A DNA stretch of 64,000 nucleotides. Origin: Eledone cirrhosa (Eukaryota). The stretch's first letter is position 1, and each line of letters starts with the position of its first letter. This document shows positions 15,319 through 28,906 of this stretch, piece after piece. The stretch covers positions 27,094,001 to 27,158,000 of the forward strand of contig OZ024754.1 in the NCBI GenBank assembly GCA_964016885.1, read 5' to 3'. The notes beneath the pieces are model-generated. The model did not search any database and was not told the DNA's origin. It saw only the letters and a program-made list of their open reading frames with translations. Made by a program: the position numbers and the translations under genes.

Positions 15319-15424
15319 GTAGTTCCACAACAGTTAGTTCACTATACTCGGTTTGAGTGAAGTTGTACGGAAAAGAAAAACAACCGTGCGGTTGTTTCTC
15401 GCTTAAGGTGAAACATTTGTTCAT

Positions 15425-16250
15425 ACCGGGAACAAATGCTTGGTAGAAGTAGTTACACAACAGTCAGTTCTTAAAGTTAACTTGTCTAAGACTAATGTTC
15501 TAGTATGTAGAAGGGAGAATACGGCACAGGTGCCCTCTGGGAAATGGCCATGCTCAGTGTATAAGAAAGGAGTAGGTAGAAATTCCATTCTATGCCCCAA
15601 ATGCAAACTATGGGTACATGAAAGATGTAGTGGAGTCACAGGTAAGCTATCTAAGAATGTAGATTTTACATGTGGCCGATGTTCAGGTTCAGTAAGAAGC
15701 AAGTGCCCACTGGATACTATCTACTTCAACTGCTCAGATGGTTCTATAGAAATAGTAGACACTTTCTGTTACCTGGGTAATAAAATCAGCAGTGGAGGAG
15801 GGTGTTCTGAAAGTACAGTATCCACAGTTTGAACGGGATGGAAAATGTTCAGAGAGCTAATACCGCTGTAAGCCACAAAGGGTTTTTCTCTAGAAATGAA
15901 AGGCAGATGGTATGATGCTTGTTTACGAACGGTAATATTACATGGTAGTGAGACATGGGTGTTGTGTGCAGAAGACTTGCGTAGATTAGAAAGAAATGAA
16001 GCTTGCATGTTCCGATGGATATGTAATAGTAATGTACGTGAACGGCAAAGCACAAACGAATTGAAAGAGAGGGACTAAGCATAAGTGTATCACATTTTGT
16101 GTGCAGGAGAGGAGATTGCGTTGGTATGGACATGTGATGCGTATGAAGGAAAACAACTGTATAAAAAGTGCAGAGCGATCAAAATTGATGGAAGCTACGG
16201 AGTGGGTAGACCAAGAAAAACCTGGGGCAAGTGATGAAAACTGACCTTAC
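15425..16250 (+). mobile_element. Degenerate RTE-clade LINE fragment
   Basis: LKVNLSKT, a Cys-rich PHD-like insert (CSV...NSILC..C..WVH.RC...C..C), FCYLG, ILHGSETW and RLRWYGHV, with stops and frameshifts. Confidence 0.85.
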
Positions 16251-16379
16251 TTACACCTGTCAATGTCACTGGATCGAGATCCGCCTTTCCTTGCATACAA
16301 ACTTAAACCTACAGACAGTAGACACCTCTTAAGCCAATATACACCCCACCCCACACACCTTATCCATCCTCCCATTTCC

Positions 16380-16628
16380 GTCCGCTGTAAAGTGGTCGTG
16401 TAGGTGACACGACAAAAAGCACTCAGTCCACATTGTAAAGTGGTCGTGTAGGAGACAGTAAAAAAGTCTCCGAGTCTACACTGTAAATGCGGTTGGTGTT
16501 AGGGAGGGCATCCAGCCGTAGAAAATCTGCCAGAGACAGTTCTGTATCTCACGCCTCAAGTGGGATAAAACCGTCCAACCCATGCTAGCGTGGAAGATGG
16601 ACGTTAAACGATGATGATGATGATTATG
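16380..16628 (+). mobile_element. SINE 3' part with (GAT)n tail; related copy at 31140-31365
   Basis: Shared AG-GAGGGCATCCAGCCGTAGAAA core and RTE-like tail. Confidence 0.65.
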
Positions 16629-17076
16629 ATATATATATGTATATATATTTGTGTATGCTCGTATATACATATGTTCATATGTGAGTTTTTTTATCAGTAT
16701 TTGTAACGTTGTATACACAGTCCACTTAGTGACTGTAATATATATGATTAAAAACCAATTTAAAACCGCAGATACTATATCCTCACATTAAGGTGTATCT
16801 CTCAAGAAAATAGAATAATTTAAGTATACCAACCTTGAAACAGTCTTTTACTTGAATGGAGGAAATATAATGTGTCGACGAACTGTTAGCGAAACTGTAA
16901 TAAACGAAATCGAAACAGATTTACAGCAAGTATAGAATAATCCATACAATTTTCGGCCCTTATGTTAACATACTTTTGGTGATAGCTTCGTACTTACAAG
17001 CACGCACACACTCTTTTACTTACATATACACACATATCTCCTCTTAGCTTCGAACGGACGTATAATAACACACACA

Positions 17077-17111
<35 letters not shown>

Positions 17112-17334
17112 TCACACACACATGCATACGCACGCGCACAAGTATAGCTCTTTACACAAAACGGTTTTTTTCCATTTCATGTAGACGTGCTCCATCATTT
17201 TCTATTATACACAAAACGCCAGCATCAACAGTTTTCCAAGAGATGGCAACATGAATGGACCTGTTATTTTTCTCTAAAAACATTTTTTCCAATTCCACCC
17301 CGCCCGTCCCTTCAATCTTTCTAATTTGTCATTC

Positions 17335-17375
17335 TTTCTGCTGATGAAGGACAAGCGTCCGAAACGGTAAGACCC
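17335..17375 (+). ncRNA. Minimal hammerhead-like motif
   Basis: CTGATGA(17341)-a-ggac-aagc-gtcc-GAAAC-g-GTA; stem I is poor. Confidence 0.55.
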
Positions 17376-17631
17376 TCTTCCTGCTATTTCAAGCTTTAAC
17401 CTAATATATCTTTTCCATATTCTGTACCGATTGGTGTTGTTATTTCTGTTTACCTTTTACACACACACACACAAACAAACACACACATACTCACACACAC
17501 ACATATATATATATAAACTAAATTAGAAGCTTTCGCCTTATACGGCCATTTAAACATATTTAATTACTGTTAAAGATTCAAATAAGCTATATCGATACAC
17601 ACACACACACACACATACATACACACACAGA

Positions 17632-17677
<46 letters not shown>

Positions 17678-18927
17678 CCCGAGCTCGTTAGATGATATAG
17701 AATATTTAAATAACCAACTTCAACAAGCAACTTACGAGGGGCCGGCAATTTCTATTTTTGGTCATAGGCGGGCCTCTATATGGTCCCTAGCATCATGAAC
17801 ACTATAAAGTTATGTAGATATAGCTATTTTTGTTTAGTTAGAGATCTTCATTTGGTAAAGAATGGAGCGACATATGAAATATAAACACCTTCAACTATTT
17901 TTCCATACAAAAAAAAATCATGTAATTATTCTGATGTATTTCTGACATTATTTTGTTCTCATCAGAATTTACCTAATCCTATGGGTCGCTGTCGGAGAGA
18001 ATATCACTATAGTAACGCAATATATATGACATACAGAATCTAGAAAATATTTCAAATGGTCTGTCAAATTTGCATGACGTGAATGTGCTTGGGAAAGCCA
18101 CTAAATAAATAGATAGCATATATGTTAGAACACGATGCATATAAGAATTTACGAAAACCTTCATGTTGTTATAATTGCCGTTTATTTTAATTTTAAATTA
18201 GATCCCATTTTTGTAGAAATATGAAGTGTAAACACTCGCACTGCACTCCATCCACTTCGTTCTAATAAAATGTGGAATCTTTGCAAGATTTGAATACATA
18301 CTATAAAGTTAAAAAAAGATGGATTGCATCTGGCACTCTGGTTTCACCAATGCAACACATGCAATGAAGAATAAATATATCATATACTACAAGGGCCAAA
18401 ATACTCCATACTTTATGAGGAAAATGGAGGATTACAACAGTTTAAAGTGAATGGAAGAAGAAATCGATTGTAAAGAGAGATTCTTCTATAAAGGTGCAGT
18501 TGTTAGTAAAATATTAATGAAATCTGACTGATTGTTAACTGTCTAGTTTAATCTGTTGAGCAGAATCATCATCACCATATTTATGTGTATATATATATAT
18601 ATATATGTACACATCTGTGTGTATGTGTGTGTATTTATGTGCGTGCACGTGTGTGTGTGCACACGTATGTGTGAATATATATAAGTGTGTGTGTGTGTCT
18701 GTGTGTTTGTGTGTGTGTATTTGTGTATGAATGCGTGTATATGTTTGTGTCTGTTGTCATTAACTGAGGTGCCAACATAATTCGCTTAGGTGCTCTTACA
18801 GCGAATATATAATCCTTTTCAATGATATTGCTAACTAGATTTGACAGAAGGTGGAAACATGTACTGTATGTGTGAACGTGAAAACGGGCACGCATGGATA
18901 TATATATATAAATATATATACTGTGTA

Positions 18928-19012
<85 letters not shown>

Positions 19013-19444
19013 TAGTGTATGTGTGAGAGTGAGAGAGATGGTGTGAGAGGGTGGAGATGAGTGAGGATAGAGGTGAATGAGATTGTGAGTGTGAAATTCG
19101 ATAGGAACAGAGGTAAATGAAATATTTCTATAAAGTACATCATTTCTGATGACCCATGCATATTATTGGTCTTTGGTGTAAGCAAAGGGGCCAAATTAGC
19201 AACAGAGTGCAACACTGGGGAGGACTAAACACCTGACTGTGCTTAGGTTAGATAATTATCTTGAGTTTCTAAATTCCAATAGTATTAAAAAGAAAACAAC
19301 GAAAATAAAACGTTTAGGTCATTGGAATTCTTCGGTGAGAAGCAACTATTATTTGGGGGGGGGGGGATACTAATAGTTTTCTCTCATAGTAGATTATCAA
19401 ATAGTGATGCACAACACTTCCAGATTCATAGGTAGCAGGAGATA

Positions 19445-19600
19445 ATAATTGTTTCTATTTATGGCACAAGGCCAGCAAATACCCAATGCATTACTGGTAC
19501 TTTATTTTATCGGCCCCGTAAGGATGAAAGACAAAGTTAACCATGGCGGGATTTGAACTCAGAATAGAAAGGGCCGTAACTCTATGCGGCAAAGCATGGC
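19445..19600 (-). mobile_element. tRNA-like SINE (family with TCTGAGTTCAAATCCCGCCGAGG core)
   Basis: Reverse complement of the copies at 35150, 53478 and 60560. Confidence 0.7.
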
Positions 19601-19644
19601 CAGAAAAATAAAACGTTTCCTTTGACGTCCTAACACACAGGTTT

Positions 19645-21745
19645 ATATGTGTACCTTGGCTGTATATATTTGTACCTTGGCTGTATATATTTGTACCTTG
19701 GCTGTATATATTTGTACCTTGGTTGTATATATTTGTACCTTGGCTATATATATTTGTACCTTGGCTGTATATATTTGTACCTTGGTTGTATATATTTGTA
19801 CCTTGGCTATATATATTTGTACCTTGGCTGTATATATTTGTACCTTGGCTGTATATATTTGTACCTTGGCTGTATATATTTGTACCTTGGCTGTATATAT
19901 TTGTACCTTGGCTGTATATATTTGTACCTTGGCTGTATATATTTGTACCTTGGCTGTATATATTTGTACCTTGGTTGTATATATTTGTACCTTGGCTATA
20001 TATATTTGTACCTTGGCTGTATATATTTGTACCTTGGCTGTATATATGTGTACCTTGGTTGTATATATTTGTACCTTGGCTGTATATATTTGTACCTTGG
20101 CTGTATATATTTGTACCTTGGCTGTATATATTTGTACCTTGGCTGTATATATTTGTACCTTGGCTGTATATATTTGTACCTTGGCTGTATATATTTGTAC
20201 CTTGGCTGTATATATTTGTACCTTGGCTGTATATATTTGTACCTTGGTTGTATATATTTGTACCTTGGCTGTATATATTTGTACCTTGGCTGTATATATT
20301 TGTACCTTGGCTGTATATATTTGTACCTTGGCTGTATATATTTGTACCTTGGCTGTATATATTTGTACCTTGGCTGTATATATTTGTACCTTGGTTGTAT
20401 ATATTTGTACCTTGGCTGTATATATTTGTACCTTGGCTATATATATTTGTACCTTGGCTGTATATATTTGTACCTTGGCTGTATATATGTGTACCTTGGT
20501 TGTATATATTTGTACCTTGGCTGTATATATTTGTACCTTGGCTATATATATTTGTACCTTGGCTGTATATATTTGTACCTTGGCTGTATATATTTGTACC
20601 TTGGCTGTATATATTTGTACCTTGGCTGTATATATTTGTACCTTGGTTGTATATATTTGTACCTTGGCTGTATATATTTGTACTTTGGCTGTATATATTT
20701 GTACCTTGGCTGTATATATTTGTACCTTGGCTGTATATATTTGTACCTTGGTTATATATATTTGTACCTTGGCTGTATATATTTGTACCTTGGCTGTATA
20801 TATTTGTACCTTGGCTGTATATATTTGTACCTTGGTTGTATATATTTGTACCTTGGTTGTATATATTTGTACTTTGGACGTATATATTTGTACCTTGGTT
20901 GTATATATTTGTACTTTGGACGTATATATTTGTACCTTTGCTGTATATATTTGTACCTTGGCTGTATATATTTGTACCTTGGCTGTATATATTTGTACCT
21001 TGGCTATATATATTTGTACCTTGGCTGTATATATTTGTACCTTTGTTGTATATATTTGTACCTTGGCTGTATATATTTGTACCTTGGCTGTATATATTTG
21101 TACCTTGGCTGTATATATTTGTACCTTGGCTGTATATATTTGTACCTTGGCTGTATATATTTGTACCTTGGCTGTATATATTTGTACCTTGGCTGTATAT
21201 ATTTGTACCTTGGCTATATATATTTGTACCTTGGCTGTATATATTTGTACCTTGGCTGTATATATTTGTACCTTGGCTGTATATATTTGTACCTTGGTTG
21301 TATATATTTGTACCTTGGTTGTATATATTTGTACTTTGGACGTATATATTTGTACCTTGGTTGTATATATTTGTACTTTGGACGTATATATTTGTACCTT
21401 TGCTGTATATATTTGTACCTTGGCTGTATATATTTGTACCTTGGCTGTATATATGTGTACCTTGGCTGTATATATTTGTACCTTGGCTGTATATATTTGT
21501 ACCTTTGTTGTATATATTTGTACCTTGGTTGTATATATTTGTACTTTGGACGTATATATTTGTACCTTGGTTGTATATATTTGTACTTTGGACGTATATA
21601 TGTCTTTACCATGGATGTATATAACTTTGTACATTGGCTGTATATGTCTATACTATGTATGTATAAATCTGTACCATGTATGTATAAATCTGTTCCATGG
21701 GTGTATATATTTGTACCTCGGATGTATATATTTGTACCTTAGAGA
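19645..21745. repeat. 21-bp minisatellite (TGTACCTTGGCTGTATATATT), about 93 regular units then a degenerate end
   Basis: Seen directly; generates long heptapeptide-repeat ORFs in several frames. Confidence 0.97.
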
Positions 21746-22199
21746 TGTATATATCTACAGTTTTGGGAATGGAAAAGTGTGACGAATACAGATCGCAATC
21801 TTATAGTTGTCTCTGTTAGAAAGGAAGCTAGCTAGTGCAATAAAAAAGAGGACAAAGTAATAACTAAAAGCTAGTTGACAGTTTGTCCTTTTCTCTCAAT
21901 GAAATGTTCAGCTTGATAATACTGTGGCGTATTTTAAAGTAGCAATTAGACATGGTTCTCATATCTGTCAATATATAATTGTTACATCCCGTTGTGGAAA
22001 TGGAGGGAAGTTGATTATAAATGAAGATTACCATGTAAAAAAAAAAAAGTAAGTTGGACGGACAATGCTTAAGATATATCTTTTCACCTTCCAGCAGTTT
22101 TACAGATAATTATTGTAGATTTTTCATAATCGAATATGAAATTATATTTAAGTCACCTACAGTTCAGGAAGTTACGGATATTTTGTAGAAATTTAATTG

Positions 22200-23680
22200 A
22201 GTTGTATGTATGCATGTATGTATGTATGTTCTTCTGGTTTTATAATTTCATAAAGTTTTACCAATAGAGAGAGAGTCGATTTCTAACATAGACACAAGAC
22301 TCGCTCATTGGAATTTACACAACATCAACTAGGTAGATATGTATGTATGCATGCATGTGTAGATATGGATGTTATTGTATGTGTGGATGTGTATGTTTTG
22401 AGTTGTATGTGTGTATGTCTATATGCTTTGTATATGTACATGTGTATATGCAGTTATTAGATGAAAAACTTTTGGAATGTTTTACATATTTTTACTGTTC
22501 CATTAATGGATTGTACTTGTAGTTTCCTAACTAGTTGTATTCTTTCTGTTCCTGTGAAGCCTAGCTTCTCAAGATATGTATTGAGGCAGTTACTAACATA
22601 TCCAAGTGCCCCAATAATCACAGGCATAAATCTGAAGGTGTAATCAGGGTGGAGTATCTGCAGATTTCTCATCAGTTCTGCATAAATATTCTCATTTTCG
22701 CTAATCTTTGATATTATATTGGCATCTGCTGGACAGCTAACTTCCACTACTGTGCATGCTTTCTTCTCCCTGTCCCATATCATAATATTTGGTGTGTTAT
22801 AACTGCATTTTATTGAGGTTTTTAATGGAAAATACCACCAGTACTCTTTCATATTATGTATATGGATGTCTTCCACATTGCTATAGCTTTTAATGTGTTG
22901 ATTATCGGGGCTAACTTTTCTACGGATTGCATTGTACAGTGTTTTGGCCACTACATCATGCCTCATAGGTAGATAGTACTGCAATGAGATCTTTGGACAG
23001 CTGCTGATGACATGGGTGACATCTTCGATGTTAATTCTGCAGAGTCTGCACTTGTTATCACATCTAGGTGTTTTGCATACATCCTATCCCTTTTGTGAAT
23101 CAGGTATTTCGTGTTAATTTTCTGTTCTTGGATTGCAAAAGCGTAGCCTTCAAAGTGGGAGCCAATATAGCAGTTGTTGGTCCAAGATAGACTACTTTCC
23201 TTATCTATATTACTCTCACTCTGGAACTTCCTGCCAACATACCCATGCATGATTTTTGCTGATAAGCATGCAGTCTTTCATCCATAGATTCACTGCGATA
23301 CTGCTGAGCGACTTCCCTGGGTGTGAGTTTTTAATTATCACACAGGGAATATCTCTCGAGGAGTTCCTTCCCAACTCTCATGATCTTATCTGTTTCATGC
23401 AGATAGACTTGCTCGAGAAACGGGCTCCTACGCTTCGAGGTTCGTAGATGTTGTCGGAGGGATTTGATGCGACATTCAAATGCTGTCTGGACTGATGTTA
23501 GGCCTCTGCCTCCCTGCTTACGTTTCAAGTAAAGGCGGTCTATGTCACTGTTGATGTGGAAGTTTCCGGTGTTGTTTAGTATTTTTCGAGTCCTATCATC
23601 AACTGCTCGGATTTCATCTATCGTCCAATTGAGTATTCCAAACGTTGGGGTTAGGATAGGCACAGCAGACACATTGTGAG
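22200..23680 (-). mobile_element. 5'-truncated R4/Dong-like non-LTR retrotransposon with restriction-like endonuclease
   Basis: AVPILT-TFG...RLYLKRKQGGRGL, MHG, FAIQEQ.I.T, RHD.VA, P(D>N)I.IWD...VVEVSCP and PVIIGALG; frameshifted; (CATA)n tail. Confidence 0.85.
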
Positions 23681-23689
23681 CCACTGTTT

Positions 23690-23900
23690 TGTTTTTCGGC
23701 AGGGGTGTGCGCTATCGCCAACTCTCTTTAACTACGCCACTGATTACACTCTCAACACAGCGCTCCGGGATTACCCGGGCGTAGAGGTCAGGAGATGGGT
23801 CGTGGTGACGGACCTGGCCTACGCGGATGACATCGTGCTGATGGGCGCTAACAGGACATATGTACAAGATGCTCTCGAAAGACATTCTTCTAGGAGAAGG
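23690..23900 (+). mobile_element. Isolated RT core fragment of an RTE-like LINE
   Basis: RQGCALSPTLFN...DLAYADDIVL. Confidence 0.8.
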
Positions 23901-24398
23901 CAACTCAGGAAACTGGGATAACTCCGATATAAAACCTACGGCTCAGTAGTTACCGATGATGTTGATCTTTTCTTCTTTTCGGGTTATAGCTACTGTCGCT
24001 CAGAGAGTGGGATTGGCTCAGTGCACAGTCTTTCCTCACTTTAAAAAATATCTTCACGCACGGCATTGAACGATAGAATTAATTAATAATTATTAATAAT
24101 GGTATATCGTGCAATGGCCATACTCGATAACGAGGGGGCAACCATCATATATATATATATGTACTATCAATTCCAGGGGTCCAGGTAAATTCTTCTGTTT
24201 GACCTGTTTAGCTTGCTTCGTGTTTTTTTTGGCTTAAGTGGCTGATGGCTTCTTGACCGCCATTCTCAGTTTGTTTGGCCTCTTTAACCTATGTTTATTG
24301 CTCTGGTTTTTTTTTAGTCTATTGAGCGCTTGCTGCATATCTCGGAAATTGCGTTTCGCTTTGTTTTCGACCACTGCCGAAATTCGATCTCGCTGAAA

Positions 24399-24483
<85 letters not shown>

Positions 24484-24487
<4 letters not shown>

Positions 24488-25455
24488 TATGAAGAGAGAA
24501 GAAACATTTAGATATAATTAGTAATAAAATGTATCATACCTAAACTGCTCCTAAATTCCTCGACTACGTAGTTTCGTGGCATAAACAAAAACAATATATC
24601 ATAAAGATATAGAGTCCCTGCGAGGTCTGCCGACTTATCAAGAGGATACCTCATTTTACTAGTCTCAAGAACGCGTCTACACGACGTGAGAAAGAATCCC
24701 AAAAGGCGGAGGGGGAGATAGTCACGCGATATAACGGTCGAGAAACAGAGCTAAGCCTCTTATAACCCCGAAGAAAATACCACGGAGGCGGAGGGGGTAT
24801 TTATATCGAGGCCGTATATATGTGTGTGTCCGCATGTATCTGTGTGTTTCTAAATATATTGTTAATAACTCCCTCTGGTCGAGCAATCTTTGAAGTGTGG
24901 GGACAGCTGGAAAGCTTCCATTACTCATACTTCTCGCCTTCTTCACCACCTCTTCTACGGCCTCGATATAAATACCCCCTCCGCCTCCGTGGTATTTTCT
25001 TCGGGGTTATAAGAGGCTTAGCTCTGTTTCTCGACCGTTATATCGCGTGACTATCTCCCCCTCCGCCTTTTGGGATTCTTTCTCACGTCGTGTAGACGCG
25101 TTCTTGAGACTAGTAAAATGAGGTATCCTCTTGATAAGTCGGCAGACCTCGCAGGGACTCTATATCTTTATGATATATTGTTTTTGTTTATGCCACGAAA
25201 CTACGTAGTCGAGGAATTTAGGAGCAGTTTAGGTATGATACATTTTATTACTAATTATATCTAAATGTTTCTTCTCTCTTCATAATGTATTTTTAACTCT
25301 GATACTGGTTCAGTCTAGTTCAACTGAATTGGTCTGTCCCAGTCATTCATTGAGCAACATCGGTGAAGTTGGCATCCTTAACTCACAGTTGGGTGCGGAT
25401 GCATTCATGTATATATGTGTGTGTCCGCATGTATCTGTGTGTTTCTAAATATATT
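24484..25455 (+). mobile_element. Fold-back element with 333-bp arms (24484-24816 and 24956-25288), variant hammerheads and tail
   Basis: Arms appear identical; tcctc-TTGATAA(25131)-stem II-GAAAC-tacgta-GTC-gagga. Confidence 0.8.
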
Positions 25456-26029
25456 ATATATATATATATATATACATGCACTCATATGCATACATACACA
25501 GATATTCATACACACACACAGATATATATATACGCACATATTTATATATACACACACATACATACATATACATACACGCATATATATACATGAATATATA
25601 TGTACACTGTTTGCATGCATCTTCGTACATACATAAATGCATTCACACACATCCATACAATATGCATATAAAGACACTAAAGATCAAATTTATTGATCAA
25701 TATTTACACTACCTCGAACCAAAATACAATAGAATAGGCCAAGTTATGAAGTAACATTTCATCCTCTACAGTTGGTAATTCTCCACTCATACATCACATT
25801 CTAGGTGTTGGAGTGTAAGAAATCAATTCTGAACCAAGCTGATGCATTTAATATAGCTGTTAAGTTGTAGTAAATAACGCAATTTCCTCTTTTTACATAC
25901 CTAAGTGTATTTTAAAGGGATTCCTCTACTTATATCCGGGTGACATCTTCCGGCGGACAACTTTTACTGTGAACAATATCACTATATTTCAAAGAAAGAA
26001 ATCGATTCAACATATTTTTCTATTGATTC

Positions 26030-26320
26030 ATTTTATCATCATCCACATCATTATCATCTTTACCCTCTTCTTATCTTTTCTACGTACTCATTTCCATTAT
26101 TGCATAGGTCAAACAAGTCCGTTCCAGAACAGCATATCTCCACTTGTTTCTTTTCTTTGTTATGTCTTTCGTAAAGTGTTCTTTCCTGCGGTCAGCTTTC
26201 ACTACCTCTACCAACTTCTATTTAGCATTCCTTTACTTTGGTTGTCTTTCACCTGGAGACACTGGCACTCCTTCATCCAGCGACCATCATTAATATTCCT
26301 ACCAACATAAGTATTATCTA
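26030..26320 (-). mobile_element. Old RTE-like LINE 3' fragment
   Basis: (GAT)n-like tail and residual similarity to the other RTE 3' ends. Confidence 0.45.
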
Positions 26321-28828
26321 TTATTTTTTGCACATCTCCGTATTTGATATCACATCGTTTTTCATTAATCTATTACTGGCATGTCTACATTAGTAATTAC
26401 AACGTGGAAGAACCATTGTAAGTATTTAAAAAATCTGAAAGTATTCAAATCACTTTATAATTATCTTTTTTCTTGGTGCAAACAGTTTTGTCACAATGTT
26501 CGCGATCTACAATTATAATTACTTTAGTTTCAACACACGATCTCAGATCATGTCATCTGTCAGATAAGGATAACTCCAAAACCAATAAGACAATTTATAA
26601 TAAACACCTTTATAATAGACACCATTGGTTCTCAGCAGCGCCAGTCACATTTCTGCCCATTGCAATCTCGAGTTTCTTCAATTCTTGCCCATTTTTTAAT
26701 TGTCTATTAATCCTTTCACCCGGGTTAAGTCTGAAGCAGCAGTGTTTTGTTGTAAACTTTTACTTCACAATCGACCCTGCAGTTAGCTATATTGGTATAT
26801 CATTTGATATATACACAATGTAAATTCTCCTTCCCCAGCTTGTATTCTTCCTCTGACAAACTTTTCTTTCCAATTTCACCCTTGCTTAAATTTCCTCCCC
26901 TGGAATTTGAAACTCTTCCCTTGAGTTCCAAGTGATATACAAGAAAGGTGCTATGGCATTGTTCTGATGCGAAATAAACTCATGGCTATTTCACAAGTAT
27001 AATTCTAATATGATTTTCTTATCGTCCTTACTTTAAGCATTATCTAACTAAACTGTAGCTTTTATTATTTGATATTTCTATATTTATGTATGGATGCTGT
27101 AGGGAAGTGAACAGAGTCTATGAATAGGTTTACATTCTCAGTGGTAATCCTTCTTTTAAAGGGATTTCTTTTAATATCAGGATCTTCAGTTCCGATGGAG
27201 AAGAAGCGGCAATTGTGAGAAAGGACATACGATAGATAATTATGAAACCAAAAGTAATCTCCACCAAATCATTTAAGATCCGAGAATAACAGAAACTAGT
27301 AAGCTGACATAATTATTAATATAAGATAATAGGTGGTGAGGTCTATTGAAACGGTATTTAAGGATTATTGTATTAACTGGAACCACATTCTAGAACATAT
27401 GTGGAATCTTCAGAAGCTTTTTATTTTTGTTATATATTGATTGTGTTCTTTGTAAGAGATGGAATTGCAGTTTAATGTTGGGTTTTGTAGATTCCGAGTT
27501 ACAGATGTCTACGCAGTTAATATAACATTGGAAATGTGTTACACAAGGGCATTAAATGATTGAAGGAATCATTTAAACCATTGGATACCAAACCGAATGA
27601 AACTGCCTCATAGTTCTACGACACTAAGCCATTTGTCTATAACTTATACAATGTTTGATTTAAAGTATATAAATAACTAATATATTCCTTACATATACTG
27701 TGCCGTTTGTTTTATTATTTTTGTTATTCCTTTTACACACACACACACACACATTTCATTGACAATATATTATTGTACAGCAAGTATGTTTCTACAAATG
27801 ATTTGGAAAAATATGCATGCTTAATTCTCACTCAATTCTTTACTTTGTATCATATTGAAATTTAGCCTTGTATTGTTCATTTAATGTTTGATAAATTTAG
27901 AATTAAGATAATAGGTTCTAAACGTTAGCAATAAAATGGAAATCAAACATGGCGACAGCTTGTATGAGAGTGTAATTAATGTTAACTCAACTGTATGTAA
28001 GATCGTGTACTAAGCAACTAAGATATTCTATAAATTCGGATCTCCACTGAAAAACATAAAGGATTTATCCAAAGCTGCGAAAATATGCATGCAAAGATGC
28101 ACATTTATATATACATAGAGCCGCAGAGATTATGGATCTTAAACGAGTAAAAAAATATGTCATATTAGAACAAATATAATTACAATCATATAAATTTGTC
28201 AAATATGACAGCACAATGAAGATTAAGACTTCATGAATACAAAACATAATTGAGCAAACGAATTTAACAAACGTATAAATCAATAAAAATCTAATATATA
28301 AGAAATGACCATTTGAAAAGTCGACATATGTTTCAGTAGAAATGAATGAGAAGGTCAAAGAAGTGTGACGAAATATTTAACATTCTCAATCAAACAATAA
28401 AAGAGTAAATCATAAACTATATAATGAAATAATAACGCCAATAATAATAATAATAATAATAATATATGTTGGTGTGTATGGTTAAACCATTGTCAAACAT
28501 GACAGCTACAGTACTCAAACATAATTTTGATTTATTATTAAATTTATTGATAAAATCGTCTCTCTGGTTAAATTTATCAAAATCACGAATTATTTGACGC
28601 GAAATAATATTAATCTTTGTTTTCCCTTTTTTAAATAAATAATTCTAAAATGATTTTTTGAAATTATTTAGTTTTATAATTTAAACTCTGTAATCTATTC
28701 AAACATAACTTGTTTTAAATAGTTTTAATTCATATATTAAAATTATTGTGAACAGCAAATTAATTTTTCCTATTTTGTTTTAGACTCATTTACTGATTTC
28801 TATGTTATTTCATTCTTTGTTCAAACAG

Positions 28829-28906
28829 AAATATTCTGAACGACTGTTTAAGCAAAGAACATATTTTTGAATACTGTTATAAAATGGAAGTTGTAAGATG
28901 TCTTAG
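28829..28906 (+). other. Candidate 78-nt coding exon of an unknown gene
   Basis: Pyrimidine tract plus CAG acceptor, AG/GTATGT donor, open phase-2/2 frame NILNDCLSKEHIFEYCYKMEVVRCL. Confidence 0.35.

Noticed and set aside
19643-21782. ORFs of 630-710 aa as real repeat proteins, or the array as a CRISPR
   Set aside because: Open in four frames on both strands because the 21-bp unit lacks stops; no unique spacers and no cas genes.
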